Shown one piece after another: positions 14,030-28,033 of a DNA stretch of 64,000 nt (the first letter of the stretch is position 1; each line of letters begins with the position of its first letter). The notes below the pieces were generated by a model. It searched no databases. It was not told the origin of the DNA and saw only the letters and a list, made by a program, of their open reading frames with translations. The DNA comes from the human T2T-CHM13v2.0 reference genome, Homo sapiens. The position numbers were made by a program, and so were the translations under genes. Location of the stretch: NCBI RefSeq assembly GCF_009914755.1, contig NC_060939.1; one strand, given 5' to 3'.

Positions 14030-14170
14030 TTAGCTAATATGAATGGAGAACTTGCCTTATAGGAACTCATTTATCTCAATTCATCATTTAAACTCATTTA
14101 AAATTATGTCACTTAATCTTCACACAAATTCTATGATGTAAATATCATTATCTTTATTTTCAGGTGGGAC
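14030..14170 (-). mobile_element. MIR fragment
   Basis: tcacttaatcttcac...attatctttattttcaggtggg. Confidence 0.5.
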
Positions 14171-15381
14171 TTACTGCAGATATATTTTTTTCACACAGGA
14201 TATAAGAATGGCTGCTTTTGATTTTCCATCAGTGTTATACTACCAGACTTCTAAAAGGAAAGTTACTTTGAGATTTTATAGAGTATCAAGATCAGAAGTC
14301 ACTTCATTTGTTGCCAAATATAGTGACCACCTTGCCCAGAAATCCTCCCCAAGATGGTCATAAACAAGTACCATTGCATATATCTGTAACTTCATTAAAA
14401 AGGAAAACAAGGGCCATCATTCTGCTATCAGTACCATGAATTAATCACTAGCTTTAATTAAGAATCACATTGCAGACGCCTCTATAATTGGAGAGTTAAT
14501 TTAATGAGCTATTACAAGTTAAAGTAATTTCCACCTCCTTGAACTTAACTGTGTTGAATGGAGTATTTTCAGGAAACCTTCATTACCTGCCCCATTATCC
14601 TAAGCCTTCCAGGCCATCTACTTTTGATCGTGTTTGACTACAACATAGGGAGCAAAATCCTGCAAGGGTTTGAAATCAGAAAGAGGATGACAGTATGTTC
14701 ATGAAGCAGATATACTTTTGTTGCCCAAAGTTTACATATGTTAACAGATTTAAATTGATCTATGAACAATGTCAGTTGCCATTTCTTGATTATTCATATA
14801 AATTAAAGGATGGCTTAATTTAATTTGTACCATGTGTGCTCTCTGGAAATAAAGTTGCTAAAGATTTCAGTTCTTATTTTTCAAGAGATTGGAGAAGAAA
14901 GACTACCTACTATTTGCCAGCATTTAGCTATATTTCATAAGGGGCAGTTTATTTCGGAGCCTATAATCTAATCAAGAAAACCATGGATCTGATGTAACTT
15001 CCCCCTACTCAGCTCCAGTGCCTCTCCTAGAAAAGACCATAAACTGCAAACAAAAGAAATAAAGCTGTATAGGATTTCACCACCAGGCACAGTCCCAAAT
15101 CAAGACATGCAATTTTAAGGGTCTTGACATCATGGCCAAAATAGACAAAGCAGATGTGGTTAGCTTGGTTGACCATGGAGTATTGGGAAAAAATGGCAGC
15201 AGCATACATTAACCCGTGTACCCAGAATCAAAGAACGAGGTGCGTCTGAAGACAAGAGAGAAGGATTTGTGATTCTTTACCAGTATTGGCTTGTATGTAT
15301 GTGAAGACAAACCTATTCATTGAACACTATCACTAAATAGCTCTTTTTCAGCACCTCCATTTTTTGGGAAAAAAAAAAAAA

Positions 15382-15666
15382 GCCCAGGTGCAGTGCCTCA
15401 CACCTGTAATCCCAGCACTTTGGGAGGCCAAGGGGAGCAGATCACTTGAGGTCAGAAGTTTGAGACCAGCCTGGCCAACATGGTGAAACCCTGTCTCTAC
15501 TAAAAATACAAAAATTAGGTGGGCATGGTGGCGCACACCTGTAATCTCAGCTACTCAGGAGGCTGAGGCTGGAGAATCGCTTGAACCCGGGAGGCAGAGG
15601 TGGCAGTGATCTGAGATCATGCCGCTGTACTCCAGTCTGGGTGATAGAGCGAGACTCAGTGTCAAA
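15382..15666 (+). mobile_element. Alu (AluSx/Sz-like) with tail replaced by (TA)n
   Basis: Full Alu body followed by an AT microsatellite at 15666-15742. Confidence 0.93.
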
Positions 15667-16124
15667 TATATATATATGATATATATATAATATATGTCAT
15701 ATATATATTATATATATATCATATATATATAATATATATATGTAAATTACTGCAGTAAATTCTAGCACCTTTTTGATAGAGGGTCTCCAATACGAGAGCA
15801 AATAAGAAAAAGAGGAAAGTTTTTGACTTATCTCATATATAGCTCTATCAAGGCTTGGTTTCCGCAGTAAGAATGGGTAGGACCTAAAGTTCTTGCCTGA
15901 GTTTCCCAACTCAAGATAGATATACTCTGCCTCTACTTACTCTTGTCCTCTATCCTAAGAATAGGTAGGGAGGGAGGATCATGTCACAGCAGCAGAATTG
16001 TTTCTAACCTCATTTCTGCCTCTAAGCCACTTTGTGTCTTTGGCCAGGTAACATAACACCAAGCCTGAAAGGTAAAGTTGAATTGTTACATAGACATGAA
16101 TTTTAGAAACTTTAAAGCGTTCTA

Positions 16125-16361
<237 letters not shown>

Positions 16362-16672
16362 TCATTGATATTTTTGTAGTCAATAAAAAAGGTAATTATA
16401 GGCATAAGGCAATACAGTTATACATTTTATGTAATAAAAATATATTAAGTTTTTAAAATGCAGCTTATAAACTTTATTTTCTGAATCACCTTTATGGAAA
16501 AAAGGTTCTTAGACCAATGTCGTAGATAGACTCAAGGGTAATTTTACCAATGGCTTAGATACAATCAAGGTTAATAATTCCATGAGAGGTAATAGAGTTA
16601 TAAATGAACTTTAAAAATAACATTTTGTATCTGATTGCCAAGAGTAGTGCATGCTTATTGGAGAACATTTGG

Positions 16673-16676
<4 letters not shown>

Positions 16677-16722
<46 letters not shown>
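16677..16722. repeat. (TA)23 abutting T33
   Basis: Read directly. Confidence 0.97.
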
Positions 16723-16756
<34 letters not shown>

Positions 16757-16877
16757 AGACGGAGTCTTGCTCTGTCGCCCAGGCTAGAGTGCAGTGGCGC
16801 AATCTCGGCTCACTGCAAGCTCTGCCTCCCAGGTTCACGCCATTCTCCCACCTCAGCCTCCTGACTAGCTGGGACTA
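16723..16877 (-). mobile_element. AluY right arm (5'-truncated)
   Basis: T33 + gagacggagtcttgctctgtcgccc...gcaagctctgcctcccaggttcacgccattc. Confidence 0.92.
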
Positions 16878-17132
16878 AACATCATTAATATTTTTAAGTA
16901 TTATGATTCCCTTTTGTCCCCTAGTCAAATTATGTATGTATTGCTCCTTATAAAATGTTCTCTCCTTCACCAAAGATTAGATCATATTGACAATTGTATC
17001 CACCTCTATGCTACCTTCTGGTTCCATAAAGTGATGGTACTAGACTCAGTGGGTGAGATCTATTCCTTGATAGTAGTTTTTTTTTATATGGTCTATGTTT
17101 TAACAGAGCAGAGAAAGGAGTGAAGTTAAGAG

Positions 17133-18068
<936 letters not shown>

Positions 18069-18109
18069 GAGTCCTATTTTCAAAGGCCTCTGATTTGCTT
18101 TAAGAAAAG

Positions 18110-18265
18110 TTGTTCATTCCTTTTTATTGTTGCTGTAGTATTCTACTGCATAAATGTACCACCATGTATTTACCCAGTCAGCTGTTGAGGAGCATTTGGG
18201 TTGTTTCCAGTTTGGAGCTATTATGAATAAAGTTGCTATGATCATGTGTGTACAAGTGCTTTTTG
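18110..18265 (-). mobile_element. Old L1M 3' fragment
   Basis: catttgggttgtttccagtttggagctattatgaataaagttgctatg; translates to L1 ORF2 C-terminus (IATLFIIAPNWKQPKC). Confidence 0.8.
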
Positions 18266-19663
18266 AGGAACATCTGGTGCTAGTTTCAAGGCCAGCACAG
18301 GAAGCATATAAGGAACAATTAACTCCGGGATACATCAGGTCAACATCTCACCTGTTATTCAGTCAGCCCTCATATATTAGTTCTGATCCCTGAAAATCAA
18401 GGGCCATGGATGGGTCCCTCAGCCTATTTCCCCATCTAGTCTTAGGCCATGCTCCACAATGCCTGCTTTGAACTTTTTGGCAATCCTATACAGATAAAAA
18501 GCCTAAAGATAACCAGAGACCACAGCAGCTTACTTTCAAATTAGCTAGCCAATGAAAAGACAGTAAATGAGCAGAACGGAAATCACCTGGTTTCCATACT
18601 TATGAGTGAAAATAAGCTTTACCACGAATGCTAATGCCAGTACCTCTGCAAATTTAATGCTCTTAACAATGCTAGTAAGACTTTCCACTGGTTATCATCC
18701 CATTTTTCCTTCCCCAAAGAAACTATTAGAGAAGCATTTTATAATCACTGATGCCATATTTCTCACCCAGTGATAGAAGAGAATAACAACTTCACAGGCT
18801 CTTTTTTATACAAAAAGTGGAGAAGAATAAGTTTGGCAATTTACCTAGAAATTCGGTAAATCAACAAGAGAGTAAGAATGCAGGTGTCTGGAATTCCCAG
18901 CAGGTACACTCTACATAGGCAAATAGTGCTTTTCACATGAAATAAACCTAGAATAAGAGACACTAGAAATACAGTCAGCCACAATGAATACTTACATAGT
19001 TTTAGCTTAAGCTTAACTTTTTTGCGAGTGTTTTTCCCCCGGAGGGGAGGGGTGAGATTTCTTTTTAATCTAGTTGGTTGGTTGAATGAGATTTGTTTTT
19101 GTCAATGTCAAGAGCCACAGAAAACAAAATGGAAAAGGGGAGAGGGAAATACTGACTTGGGAAGCTTTCTCCAGATGTTCCATTCCAAATTTATATTGCC
19201 TCAAAATGCCTCTCTTGGTTGATAAAAGACTATCAAATTATCAGATACATACAGGTTTTAGAAATGCTTACTTCAAGAATGATTGTCAGTCATGAGAGGT
19301 AGTACATTGAAGTAACCAACATTGAGGAAAGAGAATTGTTACAGAAACTGGCATGATGAGATGTATAATTTATTTGAGAAGAGAGAGAAATTTTTCCAGA
19401 CAGATAAAAGTGGGCTACATAACAGGAACATGTCAACAGAACTACTGGAGAAGGTAAAAATGCCTTTAGCGTCCAGCTAATTTTAGAACAAGCATTTTCG
19501 GCTAAATACAATATCCATTTGACCACCCCCTGCTTTTTGAAACCCTGGCTGACTGTGAAGTCCTTTCTTCTATCTGAAATCAACAATAACCATCACCACT
19601 TAATTCTCCCAACTTCTTTCAGCATTGGGGCCCTCTCAATGACCTAGCTTGTGCCTGTTCATC

Positions 19664-19712
19664 TGTGTGTGCGTACGTGCGTGCGCGCGTGTGTGTGTGT
19701 GTGTGTGTGTGT
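19664..19712. repeat. Alternating purine-pyrimidine (TG/CG) tract
   Basis: tgtgtgtgcgtacgtgcgtgcgcgcgtgtg... Confidence 0.95.
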
Positions 19713-20367
19713 TTTCTCGCCAGCTTCTCAGACTTGTTCCCATTCATCCAACACTAGGTCCTTACCTTGAATCCCTGAACCATTTCCCACTCTGAAGTCC
19801 TTGATTGGTAGCAACAGGATGTTATTGGCAGGAGAAAACCTTTCAATAAGTAATCCTTTGACCTTTTTAGTCACTCTAAACTAGGAGCACTCGGTGTGAG
19901 TGGGACTCTGGAACTTCCATATCAATTATTCATCTAACCGTACCCAAAGCCCCAGGGAATGGCTCATTTCCTTTTGGGATGATTCTTTCTCATATTCCTT
20001 TGGGCTCCCCCATTGCTTTTGGCACCTGCCTGTTTTGTGAGTTACATCTTGTAAAGACTTTATAACCCAAGGGCCAATGCCATGGTTTTGAGACTATCCT
20101 TTATTTGTTGTAGAACTGTCCCACAGGTGATTTTAGGAAACACTACTCTTTGGCCTACAGAGTCAGGGAGGGCCAATGCATTTAATAATACCTGCAATTC
20201 TTAAGGGAATAACCCCTACATTCCACCGGAGCAGGCAGCTGCCTCGGGCATGGAGCTTTTATAAATTTCCTGTTGTGTTAGAGTCAATTCCAGTTTGTGA
20301 AATTGAGTCTCACAGAGGGAGGTCAGTAATTGGTAGCACCTGGCTTGGATGAAGGGCTTCACTCATA

Positions 20368-20420
20368 TGAGAGAGAGAGAGAGAGCATGTGTGTGTGTGT
20401 GTGTGTGTGTGGGTGTGTGT
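20368..20420. repeat. Compound (GA)n-(TG)n microsatellite
   Basis: Read directly. Confidence 0.93.
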
Positions 20421-20569
20421 AAATACAGCAGCTTCTCACAGGTAAAACTTTCTACACCAAAGTAGGATCTTAAGACCATTTTTCTTCATCTTTCTTCTCT
20501 GTTTGCCAGGGTTTGATCATTTCCTGAAGGAAAGACTCCCCTGAGAGAGGGAGCATAAGGGAAAGGGCA

Positions 20570-20709
20570 AGTCTAACTTCTGCCACCAACTAACCTTGTG
20601 AACTTAAGTTAATAATTTAGTTCTTCATTTGTAAAATGGGAAAGTATCCTCTTGGCCACAGGATGCCTCTTGAATACATGATCTCCTAAGAATCTGTAGT
20701 TCTATGATT
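20570..20709 (+). mobile_element. MIR/MIR3 fragment
   Basis: ttcttcatttgtaaaatggg ... atgatctcctaag ... ttctatgatt. Confidence 0.6.
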
Positions 20710-23579
20710 GATCTACCTGCTTCATATGACTAAATATATGACAACCCTAAGAAGCCTCCCATGTGGCCACAAAGATATACACATGTAGGGATATGGACAC
20801 ATACATTGTATCTACTCAAAATGTTTAGTTAACTAGTTATGCATACATATTCAAAATCATATTTATAAAATAATCTGTTGATTTTTAAAATACTGTATTT
20901 TTCTACTTTCATTTTGTAAAACGATGTTATTCCTCACCACTGCCATTTTGTGACTAATCCAACAGTTTTCCCAGCACATCATCATCACTTCCAAGTTATT
21001 TGAGATTTAACACTGAGTCCATGCACAATGCTGTCACTAGAAATGTTATCCCAAGTCACCAACACCCATTTGCATCACATGCAGTCATTTTTTCATTTCC
21101 TATACGACTATATTTGTAATCTCCATAATGTATCACTTAGCGTATTGCAGTTTTACTTGATCTCTAAAAGGACTATTTTTAAAAATTCTAACACTTGCAT
21201 TTCAGGGCTAAAAACTTCAGGAATGACTACTAAATCAGTGATACATTTCTTTTTTTCTCTTTTTAAGTAGTTCTAACAGATGATCTTCAAAAGCATCAAC
21301 AACAGACATTAACTTAGATCATTTCACCCCAATTCATCTTCCACTAACAGTAGTTTTTTATTCCAAGTTTGGTATCAAGAGAGCACCAAAAGATGACTAA
21401 ATAAGGATGTGTACAAAAGGTGACTTCCTTTTTTTCTGGGAAATAATTTTGGAGACAAAAAAATTCACCTTATATTTGGAAAAATGGGTATACATAAGGC
21501 CATGAGTCAAATTAATTTCAGAAATGTAAAAGTAGCATATGCTTTGTTTTTCCTCCACTTATCCTTGGAACCCAAAGTCACATCATTCTAAGTAGACGAT
21601 TTATTTTAAGATTATATTATTATTATTCTCCATTTAAAAGGAAGCATCAGAATTTGATGTATCTGCTCAAACAACAAGCCTCACTCTACACTGCAAGAAA
21701 ACTAAAAGCAAGCTCTTTTAAAAGTAACCACCCCAGTGGTTTATCAGGCACAGCCCAACACTGGCAAAGATGGTAGAAAAAAGAGTGAAAAGTTCACTCA
21801 GTACTCTTTGCTTTCAGTTTTCCCTCAGAATTCAACTTTCCAACAATAATCTGAGCCCTGTCTTCTTCCTCTGAATTTTGTCCTTTACATGGAAGGGAAA
21901 AAAATGCTGGTGCCTATAATAGTTGCTGATAGTTACTGCCTTAAATTTGCTCTCCTGGTCATGAGAAAGTGTTTCCACTTTCTAGTGACCCTTCCCACGT
22001 ACTAGGGCATTCTTGCCAGGACTCAACTATGGAAACTTATTCCAATTAGGCAGGAAATGAAAAGAAACCTGTCCTACCATTTGGCTCAAAGTAAGAACGA
22101 GTATATATAGAAGAGTCCCAGAAAAAAAAAAAAAGGCAAGAAAAATAAACTCAGCTTCCTACCACCAACACCACCACTGTTTTTTGTCCCCAACAGAAAC
22201 CTACAGGCAATCTGTTCTCCATAGATGTTAAATATTCAAAATTCTAGGAGGGAAGTGTTATGAGTGACTAGAGCAAAAAAAATGGAGCAAAGCTGTTGTG
22301 TTCTCTTTGACTCTATTACAGGCAAAGCTATTTGTATGACCCATTGTCCAAATGCCTCCTTCACCTACTTCAGCTGGGGGATGGGAAGAAGAAAGAGGCT
22401 TTGGCCGCAACAACAAAATAAGTCAGTTCTAAAGACACCGAGAGTCACCTTTTTAGAGCTCAACTTTTATTTCCACCTGAATGAAAAGCTCAGTCTGAGG
22501 TGAGAGCATCCTCAGGCAGCCAATCATTGGGATGCATAGTTCCTAACCCTTTGGAGTCACTGGGAAATCCCAGTGATGAATGTCCCCTTCCACATCCTGG
22601 ACATTTGTCACTCAATTTCACCAGGTCTCTGTTTCCTCTCTTGAGGCAAAAAAAGAGAAAGGTCTCCCAGTGTCTTTATTAGGAGAATTTTGAATAGAAT
22701 TGTTTAAGAAGAGGATTAACATTGACTTGGTATTGAAAATGGCCAACTCCTCTAGACAAAAATCTGAAAATAATTCTGATAAAAAGAGCAATTCTGCTTG
22801 TGAGCAAACCAGATGGCTACACACCCCTTCATCCAGTCTGTTGGTTTTCACATTGCTGCCTTGGAAGTTTCTCCCCAGAAAAACACATGGACGTGAGACT
22901 TTCTGACTGAGTTAGGAATCTGGTTCGAAAAAGGGCCTATCCACACTAACCCCTAGGTCTGCCCAACATAATTGCCCGCTTCATTTTCTTCAGGATATTT
23001 TCCCTGACAGATTGACTACACTTCTGAATAACTAAATATATCACTTATGGTCAACAAAGAGAAAACATTGAGGCTTCTTTGTGGAGCATTCAAACCAAAG
23101 CTTAGCGTTTGACCAAATTCCCTGGATTCATGCAGTAAATTGGGTCCAGGTGTGCTCTGAAGAGTTAGAACACTCATATTTAGAAAATTTCTCAGCTTCT
23201 ACTTGAATGTTTATTTGTAGAGCTGATCATTAAAGCATGAGTAGAAAGAACATCAGAGGCCATCTATTAAGGGAGGCTTCCTGTTTCATCAGGAAGTGGT
23301 GATTGAACACCTTATAATCCCACACAATCCCACTTCCTCTAAGTAATTGTCATATCCCAAAAAGATGTGATAATTAAAGTTCAATCTTGGAACTCACACA
23401 ATTGGTGCTAGGAACTGACACAATTGGTGCTAGGGTGAGTGTCAATTGCCCAAGACACTGTGGGAGTCCATTAAGAAAAAAAAAAGTTTATCATCTCAGC
23501 AAATACAGGATTACTGACAATAGCTTGGATTGACCAAAACGAGCATTAGTATGGACTCAACTATTCTCCAGGTTGGTAT

Positions 23580-23748
23580 GGAGTTCTCAGCAATGGGTGA
23601 AGAGTCCATGGATGAACTTTAGAGTGGACCTTCTAAAAATATTGTGGAAAAGCACATGTGCATTTTAGAGGGAGGGCCCATAGCTTCTTTCATACTGTCA
23701 TAGGTCATATTGTACCTAACAAAAGCCGTTAATGACCATAAGCACTGT
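23580..23748. mobile_element. hAT-Charlie MITE (MER117-like)
   Basis: gtccatggatgaacttt...atgtgcattttagagggagggcccatagcttctttca resembles the recalled consensus. Confidence 0.5.
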
Positions 23749-24253
23749 ACATTAAGATGTTATAACCTCAAGACTTGATTTTACGAAGTCAATCTTTGAC
23801 GTAAATTCAGTGCCCTCTTCCAAAATCCTAACTCTGCCATAAGTTAATGATTATATGTTATAGTTAATCTAGTTTAAACCATAACTGTGTATGAGATATT
23901 GATAAGCATATTTCCTTCTCCCAGTTAATCTTTTTTTAAAAAAATCTCTTTTTAATTATATGACTCAATTAACCATCAATCAGAATAAGTCATATCTTGT
24001 GAAACAAATTTTTAAGAAATGAATGTTGGTGATAATTTAGTATCCTTCTCACTAATTCTAATTTAAACTTAATCATCACTATGGATTGTAATCTGTCTCA
24101 TGCAATGCCTAATCTTGCTTAGGATCAAAGCACTCTCAAATCTTGTGTTATATGTGAAAAGTTTTTTTAGAAGTGTTAATCACCCATTATATATGTTAGA
24201 TATAATCAAGGAGATCCAGTATATGATAAGATTTTTTAAAAGCATTAGATTTA

Positions 24254-24552
24254 GGCTGGGTGCGGTGGCTCATGCCTGTAATCCCAGCATTTTGGGAGGC
24301 CGAGGTGGGCAGATCACGAGGTCAGGAGATCGAGACCATCCTGGCTAACACGGTGAAACCCCATCTCTACTAAAAAAAAAAAAAAAAAATTAGCCGGGCA
24401 TGGTAGCAGGTGCCTGTAGTCCCAGCTACTCAGGAAGCTGAGGCAGGAGAATGGCGTGAACCTGGGAGGCAGAGCTGGCAGTGAGCCAAGATTGCGCCAC
24501 TGCACTCTAGCCTGGGTGACAGAGCAAGACTCCATCTCAAAAAAAAAAAAAA
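24254..24552 (+). mobile_element. AluY
   Basis: gagatcgagaccatcctggctaacacggtg, gaatggcgtgaacc; TSD aaaagcattagattta at 24238-24253 and 24553-24568. Confidence 0.96.
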
Positions 24553-24694
24553 AAAAGCATTAGATTTAAATAGAACTTCAGCACTTTATTAACTTCATCA
24601 CTTGATCAATGTTTAACCCAATTTTAACTTCCCTATCTCAGCATACTTATGTACCAAAATTTTCATAGGAGCATCTCAAAATTTTTTTATGATT

Positions 24695-25060
24695 AAAAAC
24701 ACTTTTATTGAGATACAATTTATATACAATAAAATACACCATTTTAAATGTATAATTTGATGTTTTACAGTATACCCACAAAGGTTGTGAACCATCAAGT
24801 CTGTCTAATTTTAGAACATTTTCATCACTCCAAAAGGAAATCTCATATCCATTAGCAGTCGCTCGCCATGCCCTCCTCCTCTAACCCCTAGCAGCCACTA
24901 ATCTACTCTCTGTTTCTATTGATTTGTCTATTCTGGACATTTCATTTAAATGGAATCGTATACTATGTGGCTTTTGTGCCTGCCTTATTTTACTCAGCAT
25001 AATGTTTTCAAGGTTCATCCACATTGTAGAGTCCATCACTACTTCATTCTTAGTGGCTGG
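24695..25060 (-). mobile_element. L1MB 3' UTR fragment
   Basis: ttattgagatacaatt...agaacattttcatcactccaaaaggaaa...ccactaatctactctctgtttct...ggacatttca. Confidence 0.85.
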
Positions 25061-25918
25061 CCTTTTGGAATTTCAAATGAGATTTTTTTTTGGCTATTAC
25101 TAAGCATTATGGTGATGTCTGTCAGATGTCATTGTGCTGAACAGGTCCTGTGGCACAGTACATAGCAAGGTGTAGCAGTCAGTAAGAGGCATGGCATGAT
25201 GTCAAACTCTTTCCAAAGAAGCATCATGTGCATGTAGTTTGTTTAGGGAGTACATAAGAGAGCTCAGAAAAGGCATCGAGCCATGAGACCTCCTCACAGA
25301 GTAGCAGAGTACTGAAGTCAGTCTGGTAAGAAGACAGCAGTAGCTGTGAGGTCATTTTAGAACACTGAGACATGGCTTTGGTCCTTCCAAGATTTTTATT
25401 CCCTTCAAGCAGGCTGCCAAAAATTTTAGTGTTCAAATATATACAAAGGACAGAAAATGGTTGAGAACCACCATTTCATCAACTCTCATTGTCTGTACTC
25501 AACTAAATGATAACTGCCATCAATATACACTGAATTCCTTTTTGGCTGAGCACAAAATGCTGTAGATTGAGGTGGGGTTTGTTTATATTTTAGAAGAGGA
25601 TGCTTTGCTGGGTAATAACCAAGGTGGTCTATTTTCCATGGCTTTTGCTCTCTTTTTCCATAGGCAGAGGTGGAAGGACAATCTACCTGGTGCTCTGATG
25701 CCACTGAAACCATAAAAGGCTAAGGCTGTATGTCCTTACTCCCTATCACGAAGAGATCCTTTTCCATTTGATTCTTATTAAGCATCACACCATGCCCTTC
25801 TTCTCCTTATAATGCATCCAGTAGTCACAAGAGTTTCAACTGACTGATTTGGAGGCAGGTGTGATTTCATTTGACTACAATTGCATGATTCTCATGTATT
25901 TTAAGCACAGTCCTAGAG

Positions 25919-26409
<491 letters not shown>

Positions 26410-26700
26410 CTGTACTAGCTTTTGTTTACAGATTGCCTCAGGTGCCATTTCAAAAATGTCCCTCTTAAATGTTTATGTATTCCATAAAAAAATAAAGTTG
26501 GTGGGGACATAAACTTTAAGATTTTGTTATTGCATCTCTCTTAGTATGCCCTTCTCTTGCCAGTTTTTATTGATTCTCCACCTATAGTGTAAAATATCTC
26601 CATACACAGTGTAAAATCTACTTGATGAGAAGATGGTGGCAGTAGAAAAGGCTCTAGAGAGATAAAGCTTGCTTAAAAATACGGGAATGTGGGTGGCTGG

Positions 26701-26710
26701 CAAGATGGCC
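26701..26710 (+). promoter_or_regulatory. YY1 site of the L1 5' UTR internal promoter
   Basis: caagatggcc at the canonical position. Confidence 0.75.
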
Positions 26711-28033
26711 AAATAGGTACAGCTCTGGTCTGCAGATCCCAGCAAGATTAATGCAGAAGGCAGGTGATTTCTGCATTTCCAACTGAGGTACATGGCTCTT
26801 CTCACTGGGACTGATTAGACAGTGGGTACAGCCCACAGAGGGTGAGCCAAAGCAGGGTGGGGCGTCCCCTCACCCGGGAAGTGCAAGGGGTCTGGGAACT
26901 CCCTCCCCTAGCCAAGGGAAACCATGAGGGACTGTGCCATGAGGAATGGTGCATTCTGACCCAGATACTATGCTCTTCCCCTAGTCTTCACAATCTGCAT
27001 ACCAGGAGATTCCCTCAGGTGCCTACGCTACCAGGGCCCTGGGTTTCAAGCACAAAACTGGGCAGCCATTTGGGCAGACACTGAGCTAGCTGCAGGAGTT
27101 TTTTTTCATACCCCACTGGCGCCTGGAATGCCAGCAAGACAGAACCGTTCACTCCCCTGGAAAGGGGGCTGAAGCCAGGGAGCCAAGTGTTCTAGCTCAG
27201 CGGATCCAACCCCCACAGAGCCCAGCAAGCTAAGATCCACTGGCTTGAAATTCTTGCTGCAACCACAACAGTCTGAAGTTGACCTGGGACTCTCCAGCTT
27301 GGTGCAGGAAGAGGTGTCCACCATTACTGAAGCTTGAGTAGCTGGTTTTCCCCTCACAGTGTAAACAAAGCCACCAGGAAGTTCAAACTGGGCGGAGCCC
27401 ATGACAGCTCAGCAAAGCCACTGTAGCCAGACTGCCTCTTTAGATTCCTCCTCTCTGGGCAGGGCATCTCTGAAAGAAAGGCAGCAGCCCCAGTCAGGGG
27501 CTTATAGATAAAACTCCCATCTCCCTGGGACAGAGCACCTGGGGGAAGGGGGAGCTGTGGGCACAGCTTCAGCAGACTTAAGTGTTCCTGCCTGCTGGCT
27601 CTGAAGAGAGCAGCGGATCTCCCAGCCCACACTCGAGCTCTGCTAAATGACACACTGCCTCTTCAAGTGGGTCCCTGACCCCCATGCCTCCTGATTGGGA
27701 GACAACTCCGAGCAGGGGTCGACAGACACCTCATATAGGAGAGCTCTGGCTGGCATCTGGCGGGTGCCCCTCTGGGACGAAGCTTCCAGAGAAAAAAAAA
27801 CAGGCAGCAATCTTTGCTGTTCTGCAGTCTCCACTGGTGATACTCAGGCAAACAGGGTCTGGAGTGGACCTCCAGCAAACTCCAGCAGACCTGCAGCAGA
27901 GTGGCCTGACTATTACAAAGAAAACTAACAAACAGAAAGGAATAGCATCAACATCAACAAATAAGAGGTCCACACAAAAACCCCATTCGAAGGTCACCAG
28001 TATCAAAGACCAAAGGTAGATAAATCCATGAAG

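Noticed and set aside
25664-25727. Possible 64-nt exon (ttttccatag|...gct|gtatgt)
   Set aside because: Weak donor, length not a multiple of three, no recognisable peptide and no other support.
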